A DNA stretch of 64,000 nucleotides from an uncultured Clostridia bacterium (GTDB taxonomy: Bacteria > Bacillota > Clostridia > Oscillospirales > Acutalibacteraceae): positions 343 to 64,342 of the forward strand of contig CALGGQ010000352.1 of the NCBI GenBank assembly GCA_937915775.1, read 5' to 3'. Position 1 is the first letter of the stretch. Every line of letters starts with the position of its first letter. This document shows, one piece after another, positions 1-9,200 of the stretch. The notes below the pieces were generated by a model. The model saw only the letters and a list, made by a program, of their open reading frames with translations. It did no database searches and was not told where the DNA came from. The position numbers and the translations under genes were made by a program.

Positions 1-2
1 CT

Positions 3-446
3 GTCGGCAAGGAATATGTTATCAGCGGTGAGCTTATGGATAAGTCAACAAGCAAACCGTTCTTAATCAATGAACAGCCTATCAGAGCCGAAGTGAAATT
101 CACACCTAATAAGAGTGATGGCACAGTTGAAGTAACCTTTGTGTTCGATGGAAGCGGCATTACCGCAGAAACCGAACTTGTAGTCTTTGAAACGCTTTAT
201 CGTGAAGGTGTTGAAATTGCAACCCACGCCGATATTGAGGACAAGGGACAGACGGTTAAAATTACCGTTCCTGAAAAGCCTGATACTCCGTCAAAGACGC
301 ACACTCCAAAGACGGGCGATGAAAGCAACAGAAGAACGCTTGCAACCATTCTTGGCGCTTCGCTCTTTGGTATTCTCTGCCTCGCTTATACCCTCCTTCG
401 CAAGAGAAAGAATAGTGTAAAGGAGGATAATGACAATGAGTGTTAA
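3..446 (+). CDS. C-terminal part of a sortase-anchored surface protein (VaFE-repeat-like), 5' truncated by the window
   Basis: Frame open from position 3; LVVFETL and HADIEDKGQTV motifs; TPKTG sorting signal, hydrophobic helix and basic tail. Confidence 0.8.
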   Translation, partial: VGKEYVISGELMDKSTSKPFLINEQPIRAEVKFTPNKSDGTVEVTFVFDGSGITAETELVVFETLYREGVEIATHADIEDKGQTVKITVPEKPDTPSKTHTPKTGDESNRRTLATILGASLFGILCLAYTLLRKRKNSVKEDNDNEC

Positions 447-525
447 GGCTATTATCGGCATCGTAATCGTTGTCGCTGTTATCGCTGCTATTGCAGTAAT
501 GCAGATTAAAAGCAGAAAAAAGTAA
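436..525 (+). CDS. 29-aa single-TM peptide MSVKAIIGIVIVVAVIAAIAVMQIKSRKK
   Basis: AAGGAGG RBS upstream, overlaps the previous stop, followed by a terminator; too short for the ORF track. Confidence 0.65.
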   Translation: MSVKAIIGIVIVVAVIAAIAVMQIKSRKK

Positions 526-536
526 ACAAACCTATC

Positions 537-573
537 AGGGCGGCCATGTTCAAGTAACTGACCGCCCTATTTT
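537..573 (+). terminator. Putative intrinsic terminator
   Basis: agggcgg...ccgccct stem followed by atttt. Confidence 0.55.
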
Positions 574-592
574 CATTTAAGGAGGAAAACAC

Positions 593-925
593 ATGACCTA
601 TTTCAAAAATAATATAGCATCGCTCTTTGGTGTGAAAAGTGCGGTTGTCGCACAGTACCTTTTTGACAATATCTTTGTACTGAATGAAGGCTGCTGTATT
701 GCAAAAAGAGAGGGCAAGGCTTGGTGCAGATGTTCAAAGGTGCATTTAACAAGCGTTTTCCCGTTCTATTCAAGACACCAAATCAGCGATGCTATTGACA
801 TCTTGATTGAGGGCAAAGTCCTGAAAAAGAAGCCGTTTGACAAAAACCGATTTGACCATACAAATTGGTATGCCTTTACGGAATACGGACTTGCCCTTAT
901 GACTAAAAACGATGGAGGTATTTAA
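593..925 (+). CDS. Hypothetical protein, possible winged-helix resembling replication-initiator N-terminal domains
   Basis: AAGGAGG RBS; FPFYS...I...IDILIE...FDHTNWY pattern. Confidence 0.55.
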   Translation: MTYFKNNIASLFGVKSAVVAQYLFDNIFVLNEGCCIAKREGKAWCRCSKVHLTSVFPFYSRHQISDAIDILIEGKVLKKKPFDKNRFDHTNWYAFTEYGLALMTKNDGGI

Positions 926-1509
926 TGAATACAGAAAAAAGAAAATTCGGCGATTATGAGGTAATTCACTCCATAACACTTGGTAAAACGGAAATGATTG
1001 TCGGCGAATGTGATTACAAAGAGCCAAGATATGTTTGCTGTGATATTCAGCATACCAATCTGTTGCAGTTGCCGCAGAATGATGTTTATGAGAGAAGCTA
1101 TCTCAAAATTATGAGGGAATTCAGTAACAGAATTTCAGACAGAGTTACCGAGCTTGAAAAGGAAGCGCCGCAGGCTGAAAAGGTTATTACCGCCGAGCAG
1201 TGTGTCCCCGTTAATGACTTTAACAACCTTACAGGCAAGGTTGTCGTTATCGCTCCTGACAGCATTAAAAGAGAGTATCTGAGTGACAGAAATCAGCTCA
1301 TTTATGTAACCGGAGGAAACGGCGCAAGGCTCAATGCAATGGGCACTGCAGTTTACGGTTACAACCTTGCAACAAAAGAGCATACCCGCTGGGAACGCTA
1401 TGACCTACTCGGCGTTATCAAAAAGGACGAAATGCCCGAATGGGCAAAAGAAGGTCTTGCCGAAGTCAAGAAAATGATTGCGGACAGAAGCAGAGAGGAG
1501 GCACGGTAA
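925..1509 (+). CDS. Hypothetical ICE protein
   Basis: 194 aa ORF, GGAGG RBS, coupled to the upstream stop. Confidence 0.75.
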   Translation: MNTEKRKFGDYEVIHSITLGKTEMIVGECDYKEPRYVCCDIQHTNLLQLPQNDVYERSYLKIMREFSNRISDRVTELEKEAPQAEKVITAEQCVPVNDFNNLTGKVVVIAPDSIKREYLSDRNQLIYVTGGNGARLNAMGTAVYGYNLATKEHTRWERYDLLGVIKKDEMPEWAKEGLAEVKKMIADRSREEAR

Positions 1510-1510
1510 T

Positions 1511-1801
1511 ATGGCTGACGATAAAATCGTTAATGCAGGTTATGTTATTGAACAGGAACTCCATATCAGTAATGCCACGATTGTTCTTGGCGTAAATCCA
1601 GACCTTGTTGACAAGAAGCACACTACCCCGTATGTAACTTGGGAATGTGATTCCGAAAAGAAGGACTTTTATTGGGGACATTATTTCAAGGACAGATATG
1701 CTGCCGAGCGTGACTTGGCAAAGCGTGGTATGGAGAAGGTTCGCTATTTTGATCGAATTACCGGCTTTCACAAACAGCAGACGGAGCGTGATGAAAGATG
1801 A
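1511..1801 (+). CDS. Hypothetical ICE protein
   Basis: GAGGAGG RBS before ATG 1511; YVTW...YWGHYF motif, resembles the next ORF. Confidence 0.7.
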   Translation: MADDKIVNAGYVIEQELHISNATIVLGVNPDLVDKKHTTPYVTWECDSEKKDFYWGHYFKDRYAAERDLAKRGMEKVRYFDRITGFHKQQTERDER

Positions 1802-2064
1802 AGCGCTTTTTCGGATACAAGGTTATTCAAAAGTTATCCATTGGTAGTGTTACTTTCTTTATCGGCTATAACAAATACGGTGAGCACAAATACGCCACCT
1901 ACTTTCGCCGTAACGGAGAAAAGAATTACTCTTGGATACGCTTTTTTGATGACCGCTTCTCTGCTCAAAAGGATATTGTTGACAGAGCATACAGAGAAAT
2001 CCCTATGCTTGAATATTTAATGAATAAGGAGGATGAAAGCAATGCCAACAAAACCGACAGTTAA
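1798..2064 (+). CDS. Hypothetical ICE protein (paralog-like of previous ORF)
   Basis: ATGA overlap; YATY...YSWIRFFDDRFSAQKD parallels YVTW...YWGHYFKDRYAAERD. Confidence 0.65.
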   Translation: MKRFFGYKVIQKLSIGSVTFFIGYNKYGEHKYATYFRRNGEKNYSWIRFFDDRFSAQKDIVDRAYREIPMLEYLMNKEDESNANKTDS

Positions 2065-2284
2065 TAAATTAAGAGTTTTTGACAAGCTCACTAAGGCTGG
2101 CTATGCCGATGAAAAAAGCATTATGAGTATTGATGAGAAAATCGTATTTGATAAGTCCTTTACAAGAGATGAACTTATCGTTGCTGTTCAAATAAAAGAA
2201 GCAGCCAAAAGCAAAACGCTTGTTGCCTACCTTGCAGACCCGAATGTTGACCTTACCCCGCCGAAAAAGGAGGAAAAGAAATGA
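2042..2284 (+). CDS. Hypothetical ICE protein
   Basis: AAGGAGG RBS before ATG 2042. Confidence 0.65.
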   Translation: MPTKPTVNKLRVFDKLTKAGYADEKSIMSIDEKIVFDKSFTRDELIVAVQIKEAAKSKTLVAYLADPNVDLTPPKKEEKK

Positions 2285-3219
2285 GTGAATACACATTAAA
2301 ACCTCTTACCAGAGCAGAACAGCTTTATGCGTATAAGCAGAGCCAACAAATTGCAGGTCAGACGGGATATTACGGCTACTTGCATGGTGATTTTGACAAG
2401 AGCGATAATTTCAATAATGTATTTGAATATTACAACGGAGCTGTTGTTCGTGAGCATTTTGACGAGGAAAGAAATAATGTTATTGATTTCCTTGAAGATA
2501 ACATTTGTTCAAGCCCACGCAAAATGAGAGATTTCTGCTATTCTCACAAAGAGGCAGCCATTAAAGGCAAATTTGGTGAGGAATACGGATTTCGTATTGA
2601 TGTAGGAAACCAAACGTTCATTATCCGTTTAAATCCATTTACAAAAGGCGACTATAACTGCTATATGCTTGCCTATGACAAACATCTTCTTGACCGCCAT
2701 ATGAAGAAAGCGGCAAAGGGTATTAATTTCATATACCCAAACTATTCGCTTAAATTCAACCTTGAGGACGGCGACCATATTGTAGTCAGATATGCAGACG
2801 GTACGGATATGGTACAGGATTGCCGATATATTGACCAATATCATTTTCAAATCGGCAACCTTACTTTTCACATCTGTCAGTATGCAGAGCTTCTTGAAAG
2901 GAACGGCGCAACTGTTATTCCTTACCGTGATTCGCTTCCCGATAAATGCTATGTCTATGTTGATACCCGTGATATTTATGCTATTGTAACCAAAGGCAAA
3001 GACGGATACGAACCTTTTGAACAGGCAAAATATCCAGATAAGGAACGCAACCGTGAATATGTTGCCAAACTCAACAAGGAACTTGGCGTTACAGATAAAC
3101 AAGTCGGAGCAATGACAATGGCTGCTATGTTTGGTTGGGCAGATAAAGATGCTGATCCAAGAAGTTTTAACGGAGGGAAAAGCCATAACAATCGCAACAG
3201 AGATGATTACGAAAGGTAG
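2281..3219 (+). CDS. Hypothetical ICE protein
   Basis: 312 aa, AGGAGG RBS, ATGA overlap; FHICQYAE and AMFGW motifs. Confidence 0.8.
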   Translation: MSEYTLKPLTRAEQLYAYKQSQQIAGQTGYYGYLHGDFDKSDNFNNVFEYYNGAVVREHFDEERNNVIDFLEDNICSSPRKMRDFCYSHKEAAIKGKFGEEYGFRIDVGNQTFIIRLNPFTKGDYNCYMLAYDKHLLDRHMKKAAKGINFIYPNYSLKFNLEDGDHIVVRYADGTDMVQDCRYIDQYHFQIGNLTFHICQYAELLERNGATVIPYRDSLPDKCYVYVDTRDIYAIVTKGKDGYEPFEQAKYPDKERNREYVAKLNKELGVTDKQVGAMTMAAMFGWADKDADPRSFNGGKSHNNRNRDDYER

Positions 3220-3227
3220 GTGTTTCT

Positions 3228-6200
3228 ATGGCAAACAAATATGAATTTATTAAATTCGTCTTTGATGATACCTTAAAAGAAATCACAAAAACGCCTGAGA
3301 ATTGGCAGTCCTTTCTCTTTTCGGCTTGCAGAAACTTCAAACTCCCTTTTGACGAGCAGCTTTTAATCTTTGCTCAAAGACCGGACGCAACGGCTGTCCT
3401 TGAATTTGATAAGTGGAATAACCGCTTTGGCAGATGGGTAAACGGCGGTGCAAAGGGTATCGCCGTTTTTGATAATGTCAGAGGAGAAAACCAGCGGCTT
3501 AAATACTACTTTGATATTTCCGATACACACGAAACAGAGTTTTCAAAGCCTGTTCCTATGTGGGAATACAAAACGGAATATGAAGCAGAAGTCATATCCG
3601 TTTTAGAGGATAACTTCGGCGAACTTGAAAGGAAAGACGATATCACCAATGCTGTCTTTTCTGCTGCCGAGAATATGGCTATGGATAATCTTCCCGACTA
3701 TATCTCCGAACTCACCAATTATGCAAAATCAGACAGCTTTCTTGAGGATTTAGGCGATGACGCCATTGAAAAAGAATTGAGAGTGCTTGTTCAAAACAGC
3801 GTAGCATATATGATGCTTACCCGTTTGGGTGTTGACACCTCAAACCTTTTTGACAGAGAGGATTTTCAAGGCGTTGTTAATTTCAACACACCCGAAGCCC
3901 TTTCCGTACTCGGTGAAGCAACAAGCGATATTGCTCAAATGGGACTGACCGAAATAGGAAAAACGGTTCTTTCTCTGCAAAGAGAAAATCGCATAATTGC
4001 AGAAAAAAGCAAAGATGAATATACTGAAAGCGAAAAAACAAAAGAAAGGAGTGCTGACTATGACACAGCCAATCAGTTACACAACGGTGAACGGAGTTCA
4101 GATTCCGAACCTGCTTCTCCCACAGGACAAGACGATTCGTTTTGGTCGTTACGCAGAAGCTCGCAGAGATTTTCTGATGAACCACCACAAGCCGTATTAC
4201 ACGAGCCTAAAACTGCAATGCCGGCTCGACCAACATCTGAAAGAGGTTCAGGACAGAGCCGAACAGATGGAAGAGCAGTTGATGACAACAATGGCGGCAC
4301 AGGAGGGCTTGACGGAGAAACTGAAAGCAGAAAATCCGATGACTTGGGTACAGGGCATGAACAACCTGAAACAGAGAGTTCAGGAGATAGTCATGAACGA
4401 AGTGATTTATCAGAGGTAAGCGAAGAATTACCGCCGTTTACGGATGAAGATAAAATTCTGTTTATGCTTCAAAATCCTAATGACGATTTGGCGCACCGAA
4501 AGGAATTTTTGTTACAGCGTTGGAGCGAATTAAGGAATACTGATGAGAAAGGCAGATATATCTCAACCGTTTACGCAGGGCGGCTAAAACAATTTAATGT
4601 AGATGGCGTTGAAGTGGGATACCACTATGAGCCGGAGGGACTTTATTTATACGAGGGAACTTACAAATCTCGTACAAAGGAGTCCCTTTTTTCGTGGAAT
4701 TTAGTTGCCGAACTCACCGACCAACTCATAAAAGAAGGCAAATATTATCAGCCTGAAAAGAAAGAGCCTGAATCTGCACAGATTGGTTTTTTCGATTTTA
4801 TTGATAATGCAGTACCAGCCGAACAGACAGTAACGGAACCCGAACAGGTTTCCTTGTTCGCTGACTTCGGTATCTCACAACAGATTATTGATGAAGCGCT
4901 ATGTATCGGTGCAAACGATACTAACAGCACGCTTGACATTGCTATGTTTTTCCGCAGGGACAGAGGAACGGAATACAACGCTAAATTCCTCAAATCTCAT
5001 TACGGTACAAACGGTGCAGGCTTTTTCTTTGACGGCGAGCAAATATCCGTTTGGTATGACGAGAACGGTATCAATATTGCAAAGGGCAACACAGCACAAA
5101 AGTCTTCGGCTACACATCTGACTTGGGAACAGGCGGCAAAGCGTATTCGTGAACTGCTTGACCTCGGCAGATATATGCCGCAGTATCAACTCGATAAGAT
5201 TGACGACCACGAACTTTCGTATGTTGCCGAAAGAATAGTCTTTTTCCTTCGTGATATGGATAAGGACAGTAAGGAACGCTGTTTCCCTTCACTTTACGAA
5301 GCATTAAACGGAATTTATGGTTATCCCGATCAGGTTGAAATTGTTAAGGGTGCATTATCAAATCCCGATACTTTTAACGACCTTGACAATGACTATATCG
5401 AGTTTATGGATGACCGCAGGCGTGGAACTATCAGCGGCTTACCTCGTTATTCTTTCAAGTATTCTCCTGACTATGTTTACGAAATAATGCAGGGTATGTC
5501 ACTTGAAAAAGTACCGTTCAAAGCACAGGCAGGCTTTAATCCTGACAGACAGTATTTCATCACTAACGATGAAATTAACAAACTGCTCAGCAGAGGTTCT
5601 TCATACGCAGAGAGCAGATACCGCATATACACATTCTTTGTAAATCATTCTGATATGCAAGAACGCATTAAGATGATAAAAGACGAATACGGAACGGGCG
5701 GATATGCTGTAGGTAACGATAATGCGAATTATGACGGAAAAGGCTTATTTTTCAGTCACGGAAGCGGTATGGAGCCTTATGCAAAGGTGCTGTTAAAGTG
5801 GAACGATGTTGTAAAGCGAATTGATGCTCTAATTAAAGCAGAAAAATTTCTTTCTGATGAAGATATTGCAAAGCTACCGGATATTGAAAAAGAGCATATT
5901 GCAAATGATGTTGAACGCTTTTTTGAGGTTATGCCGGAAGAATATGCAAAGCCGTATTCAAATGAGCTTGAGCCTTACAGAAGAAAAGATGTCATTATGG
6001 CACAACTTGACAATCCGCAGGCACTTGAAGATATTGACCGTATGATGTCTGACGCACTTGCCCTTATGGATAAGAGTAATGAGCGTGATTATAAATGGCA
6101 TCAGGAACAATATGACAGTTTTGTTGCTTTCAAAAACGGCGAGTATCATCCCTACACTGTTCCCGAACGGAAAGCGCCATTACCAAAACCGAGTAAATTC

Positions 6201-9200
6201 TCCCAACCTGCCGAAAAAGAAAATGATCAGGATAAAGAGATAGACGCAGTATTCGCACTCCTTAACGCTTGTAAAATTGCTGTGAATACCGTCAAATATG
6301 AAGATGATACTATCGTACTCATTGACGATGACGGTAACGAGTGGAAAGGTGCAGAAATGTATGACTTTCTTCTTAATGAGGTGCTTACCTTTAGTGAAGA
6401 TGGCAAGCTTGTTGATGGTTACGGTATTGATGACAGGATGGTTTTGAGCGTTGTTGAATACGCAAAGAAATACGGAGTTGAACCCGAACTTGTTGAAAAC
6501 AGTGTGCCGCCTTTTGTGTCCGAATACAACAAATTGCAGGCGCAGTATCCCGATGTTATATTATTCTCTCGCCTTGGTGATTTCTATGAGGTTATGGGAA
6601 ATAATGCAAAGGTTGTTGCAGACGAACTTGACTTTGTATTGACAAGCAGGACGGTCAACAGAGATACGCAGGAATCCACCCCAATGTGTGGTGTGCCTGT
6701 TCACGCTGTTGACTCATATATTTCACAGCTTGTTGCAAAAGGATATAAAGTTGCTATTGCTGAAAATAAGGATGTCAATAGAGTTGTCGCTCCGGGGAAA
6801 GCGCAGGAGCGTTCTCCTCTTGAAAGAGCAAAGCAGTTAATCAATGATTATAGGCATAGAGAGTTTGGTTATGATGACAGCGCTGATTTCAGCGATTTAA
6901 CAAATGTCAATCTTGCTACAACCGAAACAGTGGATGGCAAGCATAGCATAGAGGTAAATGTTGACCTTGAAAACTATAACCTTAACACATTTATTGACGG
7001 CAATCTCTTTAAGCAGCACAAAGCAGATGCGCTTGAAACCCTTATTTATACGCAGCTTGAAACACTCTCATTTGATGATTTAGTATTTCTTGATGAAGAA
7101 GAACTTTCCCGTATTGAAAAGGAACCTGAAAAAACTGACCACTCGGATATGATAGGCGATGAAATCGTCATTGACGGTTCTCACTTTATCATTGAAGAAG
7201 TCAAGGGCGACTATGTTTCAATGCGTGATGTGACCTTTGCAGAAAACGCAGGCTTTCCTATTTTCCGCAGAGAGCGAATAGCAGACATTCTGCCGCTTAT
7301 TCCTGAAAAGGAAGAACCCGTTGTTGAGATACTCCCTGCACCACCGCAGCAGCCGAAATCAAAGGTGCGTACCTTTGACCTTCACCCTGAAATACCGCTT
7401 GAAGCAAGGCACAATTACAACTTTGCCGAAAAAGAAATTGAAAATGTTGGCAAGAAAGAGCGTTTTCGCAGGAACATTGAGGCTATCAATGTGCTGAAGG
7501 AGTGTGAGTTTGACGGCAGATTTGCTACGCCTGAAGAGCAGGAAATCTTGTCGCAATATGTCGGTTGGGGCGGTATTCCCGAAGCATTTGACCCGAACAA
7601 TTCAGCTTGGGCAGATGAATACAAGGAACTGATTGTTGCACTTTCTCCTGAAGAATATGACGCCGCGATGGAAAGCACACTTACCGCTTTCTATACTCCT
7701 CAAACCGTTATATCCGCTATCTACAAGACTTTGGAAAACTTGGGCTTTAAGCAAGGCAATATCCTTGAGCCCTCTTGCGGTATCGGTAACTTTATCGGTA
7801 TGCTGCCGCAGAAACTATCCGACAGTAAAATGTATGGCATCGAGCTTGACAGTATATCGGCGCAGATTGCACAGCAGTTATATCAGAAATCATCTGTGAT
7901 TGCTTCGCCGTTTGAGGAAGCAATTTTGCCCGACTCGTTCTTTGATGCAGTTATCGGAAATGTTCCCTTCGGTGATTTTAAGGTTGCGGATAAGCGGTAC
8001 GATAAAAACAATTTCCTTATTCACGACTATTTCTTTGCAAAGTCCCTTGATAAGTTAAGAACGGGCGGCGTAATGCTGCTTGTTACCTCTATGGGAACAA
8101 TGGATAAGGAAAACTCCAATGTGCGAAGATATATCGCACAGAGAGCAGACCTGCTTGGCGCTATCAGACTTCCTAACGATACCTTTAAGGGTAATGCCGG
8201 AACGGACGTAACCTCGGATATTCTCATCCTGCAAAAGCGAGATAGGATTGTCAACGAGGAACCCGACTGGCTTATGCTTGATAATACGGAAGACGGTATC
8301 CGTATGAACAAATACTTTGTTGACCACCCCGAAATGATTATGGGTAATATGGTAATGAAATCAGGCAGATTCGGTCCCGAACCGACTTGCGAGCCGTTTG
8401 AGGACAGAACTCTTGAAGAACAACTCGACATTGCCATCCGTAATATTAAGGGCGAGATTACAGAGTATGAAATTGACGAGGAAGAAATTGAGGATGACCG
8501 TCAGTATTTACCTGCTGACCCGACTGTTCGCAATTTCTCATTCACCGTTGTTGACGGCACTATCTTTTACCGTGAAAACTCTATGATGAAAGAGGTTAAG
8601 GTATCGGCTACTGCTGAAAACCGTATTAAAGGCTTAATCAATATCAGACAGAGCGTCAAACGGCTCATAGAACTGCAAACCGAGGACTATCCCGAAGAAG
8701 AAATACTCTCCGAACAGCAGAACTTAAACGAGCTTTATGACGGCTTTACGGCGAAATACGGACTTATCAATTCCCGTGCAAACAAGAGTGCTTTTGCCGA
8801 TGACGGCTCCTACTATTTGCTTACTGCATTAGAGGTGCTTGACGATGAAGGCGACCTTGAACGCAAGGCGGATATGTTCACAAAGCGAACAATTAAACCG
8901 CATATTCCCGTTACTTCTGTTGATACCTCTATTGAAGCGGTTGCAGTTTCAATGGGCGAAAAGGCTGAACTTGATATGGAATATATGATGCAGCTTACGG
9001 GTAAAACAGAGGAAGAAATCGAAGATGACTTAACAGGCATTATCTTTCTTAACCCTATGTATTCCGAGGACAGACCAGCCGAAAAGAAATACCTTATGGC
9101 TGACGAATACCTTTCAGGCGATGTCCGTGCAAAACTGCGTGTTGCTGAAAATATGGCAAAGGTTAATCCTGCCTTTGAGGTCAATGCGGAAGCACTACGC

